DNA from: Gemmatimonadota bacterium
Lineage (GTDB): Bacteria; JBHIER01; G020348925
DNA: 64,000 bases
Assembly (NCBI GenBank): GCA_020348925.1
Contig: CP070758.1
Location: 3,611,688-3,675,687, forward strand
Direction of reading: 5' to 3'
The notes beneath the pieces are model-generated. The model was not told where the DNA came from. It did not search any database and saw only the letters and a list, made by a program, of their open reading frames with translations. Positions within the stretch are counted from its first letter, which is position 1, and each line of letters starts with the position of its first letter. Positions 19,393-29,669 of this stretch are shown piece after piece. The translations under genes and the position numbers were made by a program.

Positions 19393-20424
19393 ATGATGCG
19401 ATATCTCTTTCTGGTCGGACTGATGTTTCCGATTGTGCTCGGTGGTTGTCTGAAGCCCGAGGCCATCGGATCAAACCATGAGATCGTTGTGGTCGTTTCT
19501 CCGGCTACGTGGGATCGATTCGAGAACACCATCCGATCCCTGTTCGGACGGACCGTCGTCACCCCCCAGGTGGAACAGATCTTCTCCCTCCGAATCGCCG
19601 ATCCCGAGGATTTCGATTTTTTTCAAAAATTTAAGAACATCTTGCTTCTTGCGCCCCTGCGTGGCGAGGATCCTACGGTGGCGTTGATCGGTTCGCTGAT
19701 CAGCGGTGAGGTTCGGACCCGGGTGCTGGCGGGTCGAGCCTATATGTTTCAGAAGAGGGATATCTGGGCGCGGGAACAAACCCTGACGATTCTCACAGGC
19801 GAGGATGAGACCGCGCTGGAAAAACATCTCAGGGAGAACGGCGAGGAGATCTTTGAGACGATGGAAGCCGATCTCAACGAAAAAGTCAAAGCCTGGCTCT
19901 ATGAGGAAATGGAGCAGAAAAAAATTGAAGAGAAGTTGCTCGGCACTTACGGCTGGGCGATTCGGGTACCCCGCGACTACTGGATCGATGGGGAATTCCC
20001 CGAAGAACGTTTTCTCTTTTTTCGAAAAACCGTTCCGGATCGGTGGCTGTTCGTCTATTGGGAGGATGCCCGGACCCAGGAGGTGTTGACGGAAGCGTGG
20101 TGTTTGGGCAAACGGGCTGAAATTGGTGCGACCCATTATAACGGCGATGCAATTGTTGAGGAGTACACGTCCGTTACGAGAGAACGGTTTCTCGAGTGGG
20201 AGGCGTACCGAATTTCTGGATTATGGCAGAACGAGACACCTGCTTCGGGATACGCGGCAGGAGGCCCTTTCCGCAGCTACTGTTTCTATGATGAGGCGAA
20301 CAGGAGGATCTACATGATCGATATTGCGGTCTTTGCACCCGGCATGAGCAAAGAACCGTATTTGAGACAGTTGGATGTTATCGCCCATACCTTTCGGACT
20401 GGGGAAGCCGGAAAGGATCGGTAG
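19393..20424 (+). CDS. DUF4837 family lipoprotein
   Basis: Lipobox LGGC; PQVE..F, D.WAREQ, GLW..GGPF.SY and FAPG..K..YLRQL motifs. Confidence 0.75.
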   Translation: MMRYLFLVGLMFPIVLGGCLKPEAIGSNHEIVVVVSPATWDRFENTIRSLFGRTVVTPQVEQIFSLRIADPEDFDFFQKFKNILLLAPLRGEDPTVALIGSLISGEVRTRVLAGRAYMFQKRDIWAREQTLTILTGEDETALEKHLRENGEEIFETMEADLNEKVKAWLYEEMEQKKIEEKLLGTYGWAIRVPRDYWIDGEFPEERFLFFRKTVPDRWLFVYWEDARTQEVLTEAWCLGKRAEIGATHYNGDAIVEEYTSVTRERFLEWEAYRISGLWQNETPASGYAAGGPFRSYCFYDEANRRIYMIDIAVFAPGMSKEPYLRQLDVIAHTFRTGEAGKDR

Positions 20425-20497
20425 TGACGCACAGATCCCGTTCGCAAACAGCATACTCTGTTCTTGGAACGGGGCCTTCAAGAGGTGAGGAGGGACG

Positions 20498-21427
20498 ATG
20501 AATATTCTTGTGACTGGAGGAGCCGGATTCATCGGTTCCCACGTTGTTGATGCCTATTTGGACCAAGGATACCGGGTATCCGTTCTCGACGATCTCTCTC
20601 ATGGAAAGAGAGAACACCTGCCGTCTCAGGTTCCTCTCTACGTGGTGGATATGTGTCGACCTGAGGTGGAGGACGTGTTCGCTCAGGTGCGGCCCGACGT
20701 CTTGAACCACCATGCGGCCCAGATTGATGTACGAAAATCGGTGGCTGATCCTGTGGATGATGCCCGGGTGAATATCCTGGGATCGTTAAACCTCTTTCAG
20801 CTGTGCGTAAAATTTGGTGTCCACAAAGTAATTTTCGCCTCGACCGGTGGAGCCATTTACGGCGAACAGGATTCATTTCCGGCTACTGAGGATCATCCGA
20901 AGAGACCCATATCCCCCTACGGCGTGGCGAAGCTCTCGGTCGAAACGTACCTTCATTTTTTCAGAGTCGTTCACGACCTCAGCTCAGTCTGTCTGCGGTA
21001 TGCGAATGTGTACGGACCCCGACAGGATCCTTTGGGTGAGGCCGGTGTGGTGGCCATCTTTTCTCGCAGGTTTCTGCAGAACGAAGGGCCGATCATCAAT
21101 GGGGACGGGACGCAGACACGCGATTATGTGTACGTCGAAGATGTCGCGCAGGCGAACCTTTTGGCTCTGAAGCAGGAGACGTCCGACATATTCAATATCG
21201 GAACCGGTACAGAGACGGATGTGAATACGATCTGCAATATGCTCTGGAAACTTACTGGTGCTGATACGGAACCGACTCATGGCCCTGCCTGTCCCGGCGA
21301 GCAGCTTCGAAGTGTTATTGATGCCGCGAAAGCAGAGCGATCCCTCGGGTGGAGATCAAAGATCTCGCTTGAAGAGGGACTCAGGAGGACGGTGCACTTT
21401 TTCAGAAACCTTCACGAAAAAAGTTAA
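20498..21427 (+). CDS. NAD-dependent epimerase (UDP-glucose 4-epimerase-like)
   Basis: TGGAGFIGSH, YGVAK, RYANVYGPRQ and GDGTQTRD motifs. Confidence 0.9.
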   Translation: MNILVTGGAGFIGSHVVDAYLDQGYRVSVLDDLSHGKREHLPSQVPLYVVDMCRPEVEDVFAQVRPDVLNHHAAQIDVRKSVADPVDDARVNILGSLNLFQLCVKFGVHKVIFASTGGAIYGEQDSFPATEDHPKRPISPYGVAKLSVETYLHFFRVVHDLSSVCLRYANVYGPRQDPLGEAGVVAIFSRRFLQNEGPIINGDGTQTRDYVYVEDVAQANLLALKQETSDIFNIGTGTETDVNTICNMLWKLTGADTEPTHGPACPGEQLRSVIDAAKAERSLGWRSKISLEEGLRRTVHFFRNLHEKS

Positions 21428-21435
21428 AAAAGTAC

Positions 21436-21464
21436 TTGACAATATTGTATCTTGGATGTATAAT
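21436..21464 (+). promoter_or_regulatory. Consensus sigma70 promoter
   Basis: TTGACA, 17 bp spacer, TATAAT (exact match). Confidence 0.8.
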
Positions 21465-21806
21465 TGTGTAGTTTAGGGCAGTAAGAGATGAGAACTATGG
21501 GGGAGGATGTTGCCTTTTTTAAACATTCTTCTCAAAACGAGGGACGAGAGAGGGATAATTGCGGGAGCCAAAGAGAAGGAGTGTATACGCATGTCTCTCT
21601 TTTTTTATGAGTTATATTTGATTTGTCATTTTTGAGGGATAACTTATGTAATGAGAAAGAGATATGTCCGTGAATGCCTTCGGTGACGTCTGAATATTTT
21701 TATGCATATATGTAATTTTTTTATTGCGTTAGGAACATTTATTTATTATTATTGCGACAAGTATAGCCCATCTCTGGGTAAGGATTACATTTTTTAATGA
21801 CTTGGA

Positions 21807-23807
21807 ATGAATAAGAGAACGGAGCGATATACTGTGCGATATACATTCCTGATGTGCGCTCTTGTTTTGTTTTTTATCAATACGGTTCACACCCAACCCG
21901 ACATCGATCCTTCGGAATTGAGTCATGACTTCGGTCCTGTAGGTATCGGACTCTCCTCTGATTGGGGGCTCTATGTCGCGAACAGAGGTGATGAATCATT
22001 GGTCATCCATTCGGCGACGTTTGCTCTGCCCGAGTTCACCATTGACCAGCCCACATTTCCCAGAACAATCGCTCCGGGTGGGAGCCTCGAGGTTTCCGTT
22101 CTCTTTCAACCCTCTCTTGTCGGGATATATTCTGATACGCTGTCCGTCATGAGCACTGATCCTGACGAGGCGGAGGTGCGCATTCATGTGATCGGGGAGG
22201 GTGTCCCTGTGGTGAACGTAACCGTACCGGACACGTCGGTTCCAGCGGGTTCTCATCTCGTCTTGCCCATCGTCGTCGATGATGTATCAGGATTGAACAT
22301 TACCTCGGCCGAGATGAGGTTGGTCTTCGATAAAAGGATACTGGGAGCGCGGGGTGCCTCGAACGTCGGGACTATTGCCGAGTTTTGGGATCTCCAGGTT
22401 GATACCGATGAGGATCAGATCTGGGTTCACATGTCCGGAGCCGTGCCACCTGCACCTGCACCACCGCTCGGTGGTCATGGAATTTTGGTCTTTATCGATT
22501 TCCAGGTGTTCCATGATGCCACACCAGGCCAATCGACACCCGTCGTCATGGGCGATATGGTCTTCAACGAGGGGGTTCCGGTGGCACTTCCCCATGACGG
22601 CTCGGTCACGGTGGCCGCCTACACTCTTTCCGGAAGAGTCAGTTATTACAAACATCAGACTCCGGTGAATGGTGTGCTCCTGACGCTTGAGGGGGGAGTG
22701 GAGGACAGCGTCTGGAGTGATGATGAGGGTTTGTATCAATTCGACGATATTCCCGGCGGGCGCGATTATACAGTGACCCCTTCGAAATCTGGGGGTGTGC
22801 GCACCGCCATCAATTCTTACGATGCGGCCCTCGTGCTACGATACATTGTCGATCAGCAGGAGTTGGATTCGCTCCAGCTTGTAGCCGCAGACGTGACAGG
22901 ATCGCAGATCACGTCGTACGATGTGTCCCATATTCTACGGTTTCGAGTGGGGATAATTGATGCCTTTCCCATTGGCAAGGAGTGGCTCTTCATCCCCCAA
23001 GCTCGGGATTATGGTTTTCTCGCTTCCGATTTGCAGGGTCAGAATTACACCGCCCTCGTGTACGGCGACGTGAGTGGAAATTGGAGCGGAGCCGGCGCGG
23101 GGAAAGAGGTTGTTCGTTCTCCTCAGCCGCGAATCGTTGTTCCCGAAGACATTGCAGTTGTTCCGGGAGACCCTGTCACGATGCCAGTGCTGTTGGAAGG
23201 AGCCGACGGGATCATCTCGGCTGATATTCAATTGAAGTACGATAGTGCATTGCTCGATCTTGTTGGCGTCGAAAGGACACCGTTTACCTCCGCCTTTATG
23301 ATTCAGTACCGTGACCAGAGGGGCCGCGTGGATATCGCGTTGGCAGGAGCCGAACATCTTGAGGGTGGAGGAACGCTTGTGCGTCTGACATTTCTGGTCT
23401 CGCCTGCGGCAACCGCTGTCGCAACTCTCTCTTTCGAAATTTCGGGGATCGTCAATGAGGATATCGTTGCGGCCGATCATGTCACAGGGCTCTTCATGCT
23501 ACCCGAATCTTCTGTTCCCGAGCAGCACAGTCTTTCTCACAACTATCCGAACCCATTCAACGCGACGACGAAAATTGGGTATGCCTTGGCAAACATCGAT
23601 CCGAGAACAAATGTGAGCCTCATAATTTATAATGTCTTAGGGCAGGATGTTCGAACATTGGTGGATGAGTTGCAGCAACCAGGCTATTACAACGTCCTCT
23701 GGGATGGGAGGGATGACCAAGGGCGTGAGGTACACAGCGGTGTGTATTACTGTCAACTGAGAACCGGAAGTTTTACAGCGACACGCAAAGTTCTCTTACT
23801 CCGTTGA
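21807..23807 (+). CDS. Secreted protein with an Ig (ASH/choice-of-anchor D-like) domain, two cohesin-like domains, a dockerin-like module and a FlgD-Ig sorting domain
   Basis: Signal peptide; STDPDE; LVLPIVV..LVFD; YDAALVL..AADVTG..GDVSGNW; NYPNPFN. Confidence 0.75.
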   Translation: MNKRTERYTVRYTFLMCALVLFFINTVHTQPDIDPSELSHDFGPVGIGLSSDWGLYVANRGDESLVIHSATFALPEFTIDQPTFPRTIAPGGSLEVSVLFQPSLVGIYSDTLSVMSTDPDEAEVRIHVIGEGVPVVNVTVPDTSVPAGSHLVLPIVVDDVSGLNITSAEMRLVFDKRILGARGASNVGTIAEFWDLQVDTDEDQIWVHMSGAVPPAPAPPLGGHGILVFIDFQVFHDATPGQSTPVVMGDMVFNEGVPVALPHDGSVTVAAYTLSGRVSYYKHQTPVNGVLLTLEGGVEDSVWSDDEGLYQFDDIPGGRDYTVTPSKSGGVRTAINSYDAALVLRYIVDQQELDSLQLVAADVTGSQITSYDVSHILRFRVGIIDAFPIGKEWLFIPQARDYGFLASDLQGQNYTALVYGDVSGNWSGAGAGKEVVRSPQPRIVVPEDIAVVPGDPVTMPVLLEGADGIISADIQLKYDSALLDLVGVERTPFTSAFMIQYRDQRGRVDIALAGAEHLEGGGTLVRLTFLVSPAATAVATLSFEISGIVNEDIVAADHVTGLFMLPESSVPEQHSLSHNYPNPFNATTKIGYALANIDPRTNVSLIIYNVLGQDVRTLVDELQQPGYYNVLWDGRDDQGREVHSGVYYCQLRTGSFTATRKVLLLR

Positions 23808-23911
23808 GGATGACCTATGGGCAGAAAATTCTTTTGGGCACAAAGAGAGGTACTTCTGGACCTGATACATGATGGGATTATGATATCGGAATTGCACAAA
23901 GGAGGCCGGTT

Positions 23912-26900
23912 TTGAAGAGACGAATCCCGTTCTTTCTTCTGATCGTATTCGTTATGGGTATCTCTTTCAACTCGGCCGATGCTCAAATTGATTCGCTCAT
24001 TGTGCGAGACGGAGCTGGTGACCCGGGCAGTACGGGCAATATTGTATCCGTTGATTTAAAGAACAGTGTTGGCGTTGGCAAGATGCAGTTTACGCTGAAC
24101 TACAACACGAGCCTTCTGACAGTCACCGATGTATTGTCCACAGGCCGAACGAGCTCAATGGGAATTTTTAACTGGTCGGAATCGATCCCTGGCCAGATCA
24201 CGGTTTTGATTTGGGATTTTGAGGGGGACACGATAGCCGCAGGTACGGGCTCAATAACCAACGTTCGTTTTACCGTGCATTCCGGGGTTCATTATACCGA
24301 TGTCCCGTTGACCCTTTCCGGCCTCATTGTGTACGATTCGGAGGGTGGGATCATACCGACGACGGCCGTGAGCGGTGTCTTCACTGTGACCGAACCGGAT
24401 ATTTCCATCCCTGTGACCCACCATGATTATGGTCAAATTGTGGTGGGCAACGAATCTATCTGGAATATGACCGTGACCAATATCGGGACGAAAAATTTGA
24501 CCATCAATTATATCACGTCCTCCAGTGGAGATTTCGTTGTGGGTGCCGTGTATCCGCAATCCTTACCACCGGACAGCAGCCTTTCCGTGAACCTGACTTT
24601 TCGGCCGGCCAGTCCTGGGTTGAAGTCCGCCAATGTTTACATTGTCAGCGACGATCCGGATGAAAACCTTTCGACCATCACACTCTCAGGATCCGGCATT
24701 GCACCTGATATCTCCGTCTCTGCCACGAGTCACGATTTCGGAAGTGTCATGGGCTACGACACGGAAACCTGGGTCGTGACGATCTCCAATCTGGGGAGCT
24801 CGGCGACGTTGACCATCGATGATATTGCCTCGAATCATTCGGATTTCGAGGTGTTGGATCCCAGCTTTCCCCGCTTTGTGCCCGTTGACGGGAGCTTGGA
24901 TGTCACTGTGAGTTTCACCCCCTCCCAGTTGGGTCTGATCTCTGGAACGGTGACGATTTTCAGCAATGATCCTGACGAAGGGGTTTTGCCCCTTTCTGTG
25001 ACAGGAACCGGTTACTATCCGCCAGCAACACTCTCGGTGGTCGGCGGTTCCGGCCAAGAGGACAGCCAGGGGAATATCGTGCCCATCGCCTTGGGAAATG
25101 ATATGGCAGTGGCCTTAGTCCAGTTTACACTGAATTATCCTGCCAGCCTGCTGACCATTACCGATGTCGAGCGCACATCTCGCGTCAGCAGTATGAGCTA
25201 CTTTAACTGGTCAGAGATAAGTCCGGGAGTTGTCGATGTCCTTTTAGCGAGCACGACCGGCTCAATTATCGGTCCTGGGACCGGGCCTGTCGTCGAAACC
25301 GTTTTTGATGTCGATCCCGGAGCTCTTCCCGGCGCTGTTCCCCTTGTCCTCTCCGATGTCGTCTTTATGGATATGAGCACGAACCAAATACCGCCCCAAT
25401 CGTTGGATGAATTCTTTACTATTTTGCCAGGACCGGATATTGATGTGGCTGTGGACAGCCTCTTTTTCGGAGATGTTCTCGTGGGTGATTCTCTCGGACG
25501 TGCACTGCGGATCTACAACCGGGGGACACTCCAATTGACCCTGAACGCCATAACCGTTGCGCCGAATCAATTCGGAACTCAATTTCCGCCGTTTCCACAG
25601 GTCATCGCGTCCGGGGACAGTCTCACCGGAATTCTGACGTTCAAACCGACAGCAACCGGTCTTCTCGGCGGCACGGCTACGGTTCATTGTGATGATCCGA
25701 ACGAAGGGCAGAAACAGATCGTTTTGTTCGGAAGAGGTGTCCTGCCGGACATTGACGTTTCGTCCCTGAGTGTCAATTTTGGGGAAGTGTGGGTTGCGGA
25801 CACGGCCCGGACTCTGTTGTCACTGTTCAACACCGGCACGGCCGATTTGACGATTCAATCTGTTTTTGCTTCACCCATTCAATTCGAAGTGGCAACCGAT
25901 CCCATGCCCTTTGTGCTGCATGAAGGGGAAACGCTGGAGGCGATGCTTTCGTTTCATCCGATTGCTGTTGGATTGTTGAGCGGTACGGTGACCATTGAAA
26001 GTGACGATCCTGACGAGGGGACGTTGATTATTGACGTGAGCGGTGTGGGGATCGATCCGGAGATAAACCTCTCAGCCACGAGTCACGGGTACGGAGAAGT
26101 GCTCTTGGGTGAATACAGGGACTGGATGATCGTTATCGAAAATCTCGGATTGACCGATCTTGTGGTTTATGCCGTGGATTCCGACCATTCTGATTTCTCC
26201 CTCGTGGGATCAATCCTGCCTGATACTATCCCGGCAGGGGAGAATGGCTCTGTGACAGTGCGCTTTGCTCCCTCGGGAGTCGGTTTGAGAGCCGGAATCC
26301 TGTCACTGTTCAGCAATGATCGGGATGAATCACCACTACTGGTGAGTGTTGTGGGAACCGGAGTCGTCCCTGATATACACCTGTCTGCAACGACGCATGA
26401 TTTTGGCGATGTTGTCGTCAACGCCTTTGCCGAGTGGGTTTTTACCGCGTATAATCTTGACGACGGAGACCTCATTGTGAGTGCCGTGACGACGAGCAAC
26501 AGCGATTTTTCAATCATGAGCCCTCTCTTTCCCGACACGGTTCGAGCCGGCGATTCGCTCTCGGTCACCGTCAGATTCCAACCGTCCAAAACAGGACCCA
26601 TATCCGGGATATTGAAGCTCATGTCCAATGATCCGGACGAGTCTCAGCTGTCCGTCTCTGTGGGAGGGAACGGCGTTGTGCCTGACATAGCCATATCCGC
26701 TACGAATCATTATTTCGGTCTCGGTGTGCTGTGCGACACGCTGACGTGGGAGCTGCTTCTGCTGAACGTGGGCACAGCGGCCATGACGGTGGACACAGTC
26801 TACGCCGATACCTCCGATTATGTCGCTCTCGATCCTCTCTTTCCCCAGGTGGTACCGCCGGGTGACACCTTGACCCTTACGATAGGATTTGTGCCTTCCA

Positions 26901-29554
26901 ATCTCGGTTCAATCATAGGAACCATGTTTATCCGTTCCGATGATCCTGATGAGGCTATCCTGAGCGTTTCGTTGAGCGCCATATGTGTCGCTCCTGATAT
27001 ACTTCTCTCGGAAGACTACTGTGACTTCGGACCCGTCGTGATCGGCCGGTCAGGGGAGCGAACGGTGAAAGTGACCAATGTGGGGACGTGGAATCTGAAT
27101 GTCGATACCATTTATACGAGTTCTTCACAGTTCGAATTCAGCTCACTCGCCTTTCCGCAGACGATTTTGCCGATGGAGAACATATCGATCCCTCTGTCGT
27201 TTCATCCCATGGTTCAGGGGCGGACAGCGGCCAGCTTGACCAATGTGAGCGACGATTGCGATGAATCGGTGCTGAATATCATGCTCTACGGGACGGGCTA
27301 CTATGTGATTGTGGAATTTCCCGATTCATCGGCCATGCCGGGTCAGGAGATTTCGATCCCGGTGTTGGTCGAAGATGTGACGGATTTGGACGTCTTTTCC
27401 CTTGAGATGAGCGTCTCTTTCGACAATACTCTCCTTACGGCCCTGAGGGCGTTTTCGGGTGGAACCATTGCCCAGGGCTGGGGATCACCGACGTACAGTA
27501 TCACTTCGGGAGGAATTGATATTGAGATGTCCGGTGTGACACCGCTGTCCGGACATGGTCCGCTCGTCTATATCACCTTCGCCGTCGATACCACCCATTC
27601 CGTGGGCGATTCATCGGTGCTCCACTTCGAGGACTTCCGGTTCAACGACGGTGCGCCGGCCGTTGACACCCTGGATGGCATCTTCTTCATCAATCGTCCG
27701 CCGAAGTTCGATCCCGTTGATGACAAAACGGCCCACGAGGGACTTTCCCTCGTCTTTGAGGTCACAGCTTCGGATCCTGACCGCGATCCACTGACGTTTT
27801 CGGCGGCGAATGTGCCCGCGGGAGCAACGTTCGATGCGGAAACCCAGACGTTTCGCTGGACACCCAATTTCGGTGATATCGGGATCTATCCTGACATCAC
27901 CTTTTACGTTTCCGACGGTCAATTCGCTGATACGACAACGACAACCATCACAGTGGAACACACCATTCGTGTCGTGGTTGCTGATACGACACGACCGGCG
28001 GGGGTTGTTTTCGGCCTGCCCATCGTCCTTTTGGATACGGTGCGGACCGAGGATTCGGTCTTTTCAGTCGATTTGACGCTGACCTACGATTCCGATGTGC
28101 TGACCGCCCTCGGCGTCACAATCGATGAAACCATGACGCAACCCTGGGGGCCCCTGGCGTATCATATCACTGAGGGTCAAATAGATTTCGGTATTGTTGG
28201 AAGTCTCTCGCCTCTGAGAGGAGCAGGCACCTTACTCTATATCAATTTCGCTGTCTCGTCCCGCGTTGTGCCCGGGGACTCCAGCGATCTCGTCTTGACG
28301 CAATTTCAGTTCAATGACGGCGATCCAGCGGCCTTTACGATTCCGGGTGTTCTGAAAATTCCACTCTATTCCATCAGTGGAGCGGTTCGATATTATATGG
28401 AGCACAGTCCGGGGTTGCCCATTGATAGCGTGCTTTTGAGTATCACCGGTTCCGCCGCGCTTAACGAATTCACCGATGAGGGTGGAGGCTATCACTTTGG
28501 GAATTTGGTTGGCGGATTAGGGTATGCGGTCAGGCCATCCAAGGAAGGTGACCGTCATGACGCTGTTACAGCTTTTGACGCGTCGATGGTGACACGGTCC
28601 ATTGTCGGCTTGGAAACGCTCGCTGAAGATCAGCGGATTGCGGCGGATGTTACGGGAAATGGGACTATCAGTGCCTTGGACGCCTCTCAGATCCTTCGGT
28701 TCGTGGTCGGCATCGTTTTTGATTTCGGCATCGGAAGGGATTGGACCTTTCGGCCGGAGCGAATCGATTTTCCGGTTCTCGATGCCGATTATACGGACCA
28801 GGACTTTAAAGGGATCCTGTTTGGGGATGTCAGTGGGAACTGGGGCGAATTGGGGGGGCTGAAGGGAGTGCCTCAACAACCCGACCGAATTAAAGTGTCC
28901 CATGTGAAGGGTACACCGGGTGAGATTCTCCGCGTGCCCGTTGTTCTTGTGAATCCTGAAAATGTCCTCGCCGCCGATTTCGATCTGACGTACGATCCGG
29001 ATTTTATCACGGCGCTGTATGCCATAACGACAGATCTGACGTCAGAATTTCTGCTCGAATTCAAAGTGACCGAGGGGCGCATGCGGATTGCGATGGCCGG
29101 TACAAAACCGATTGATAAGGGCGGCGAATGTATTGAGATCGCCGTGCAGGTATCTCCGCGCGCGCAACCGGGCGATGCCTGTCCCTTCGAATTGAAGGCG
29201 CGATTGAACGAGACACACTTGCCCTCGCTCACGGGCAGAGTGACGGCGTCTGCCGCGCCTCCGAGGGAATATGCGCTCTCCCAGAACTATCCCAATCCGT
29301 TCAACCTGACGACGAGTATTCAATATGCGGTTGCCGGTGATGAAGCCAAGACGCAGCACGTCACTTTGAAAATCTTCAACGCGCTCGGTCAAAAGATCAG
29401 AACGTTGGTGGATGAAGGCAGGGAAGCGGGGTACTATACCGTGATTTGGGACGGGAGAGATGTGTACGGCAACGAAATTGCCAGCGGCCTGTACTTCTAC
29501 CGTCTTGAAGTCGGAGCGTATTGTGCCACGAAGAGAATGATTCTCATGAAGTAA
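23912..29554 (+). CDS. 1880-aa secreted scaffold-like protein: ~5 cohesin-like domains, 8 ASH-type Ig repeats, a putative Ig domain, a dockerin-like module and a FlgD-Ig domain
   Basis: Eight PDI....HDFG...S[DN]DPDE-type repeats; cohesin-like V.L.N...QFTLNY; AADVTGNGTISALDASQILRFVVG; NYPNPFN; RBS GGAGG. Confidence 0.8.
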   Translation: MKRRIPFFLLIVFVMGISFNSADAQIDSLIVRDGAGDPGSTGNIVSVDLKNSVGVGKMQFTLNYNTSLLTVTDVLSTGRTSSMGIFNWSESIPGQITVLIWDFEGDTIAAGTGSITNVRFTVHSGVHYTDVPLTLSGLIVYDSEGGIIPTTAVSGVFTVTEPDISIPVTHHDYGQIVVGNESIWNMTVTNIGTKNLTINYITSSSGDFVVGAVYPQSLPPDSSLSVNLTFRPASPGLKSANVYIVSDDPDENLSTITLSGSGIAPDISVSATSHDFGSVMGYDTETWVVTISNLGSSATLTIDDIASNHSDFEVLDPSFPRFVPVDGSLDVTVSFTPSQLGLISGTVTIFSNDPDEGVLPLSVTGTGYYPPATLSVVGGSGQEDSQGNIVPIALGNDMAVALVQFTLNYPASLLTITDVERTSRVSSMSYFNWSEISPGVVDVLLASTTGSIIGPGTGPVVETVFDVDPGALPGAVPLVLSDVVFMDMSTNQIPPQSLDEFFTILPGPDIDVAVDSLFFGDVLVGDSLGRALRIYNRGTLQLTLNAITVAPNQFGTQFPPFPQVIASGDSLTGILTFKPTATGLLGGTATVHCDDPNEGQKQIVLFGRGVLPDIDVSSLSVNFGEVWVADTARTLLSLFNTGTADLTIQSVFASPIQFEVATDPMPFVLHEGETLEAMLSFHPIAVGLLSGTVTIESDDPDEGTLIIDVSGVGIDPEINLSATSHGYGEVLLGEYRDWMIVIENLGLTDLVVYAVDSDHSDFSLVGSILPDTIPAGENGSVTVRFAPSGVGLRAGILSLFSNDRDESPLLVSVVGTGVVPDIHLSATTHDFGDVVVNAFAEWVFTAYNLDDGDLIVSAVTTSNSDFSIMSPLFPDTVRAGDSLSVTVRFQPSKTGPISGILKLMSNDPDESQLSVSVGGNGVVPDIAISATNHYFGLGVLCDTLTWELLLLNVGTAAMTVDTVYADTSDYVALDPLFPQVVPPGDTLTLTIGFVPSNLGSIIGTMFIRSDDPDEAILSVSLSAICVAPDILLSEDYCDFGPVVIGRSGERTVKVTNVGTWNLNVDTIYTSSSQFEFSSLAFPQTILPMENISIPLSFHPMVQGRTAASLTNVSDDCDESVLNIMLYGTGYYVIVEFPDSSAMPGQEISIPVLVEDVTDLDVFSLEMSVSFDNTLLTALRAFSGGTIAQGWGSPTYSITSGGIDIEMSGVTPLSGHGPLVYITFAVDTTHSVGDSSVLHFEDFRFNDGAPAVDTLDGIFFINRPPKFDPVDDKTAHEGLSLVFEVTASDPDRDPLTFSAANVPAGATFDAETQTFRWTPNFGDIGIYPDITFYVSDGQFADTTTTTITVEHTIRVVVADTTRPAGVVFGLPIVLLDTVRTEDSVFSVDLTLTYDSDVLTALGVTIDETMTQPWGPLAYHITEGQIDFGIVGSLSPLRGAGTLLYINFAVSSRVVPGDSSDLVLTQFQFNDGDPAAFTIPGVLKIPLYSISGAVRYYMEHSPGLPIDSVLLSITGSAALNEFTDEGGGYHFGNLVGGLGYAVRPSKEGDRHDAVTAFDASMVTRSIVGLETLAEDQRIAADVTGNGTISALDASQILRFVVGIVFDFGIGRDWTFRPERIDFPVLDADYTDQDFKGILFGDVSGNWGELGGLKGVPQQPDRIKVSHVKGTPGEILRVPVVLVNPENVLAADFDLTYDPDFITALYAITTDLTSEFLLEFKVTEGRMRIAMAGTKPIDKGGECIEIAVQVSPRAQPGDACPFELKARLNETHLPSLTGRVTASAAPPREYALSQNYPNPFNLTTSIQYAVAGDEAKTQHVTLKIFNALGQKIRTLVDEGREAGYYTVIWDGRDVYGNEIASGLYFYRLEVGAYCATKRMILMK

Positions 29555-29582
29555 TGAACACGCTTTGTGTGTAGAGAGAGAG

Positions 29583-29617
29583 AACCGCTGCCGGTTGAGA
29601 CCAGCAGCGGTTTTTTT
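29583..29617 (+). terminator. Intrinsic terminator
   Basis: AACCGCTGC/GCAGCGGTT stem followed by a T run. Confidence 0.8.
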
Positions 29618-29669
29618 GTCTGATATCAGGTGGAAAAAGTGTTGACGAATTCATGAGCACACAAAAAAA

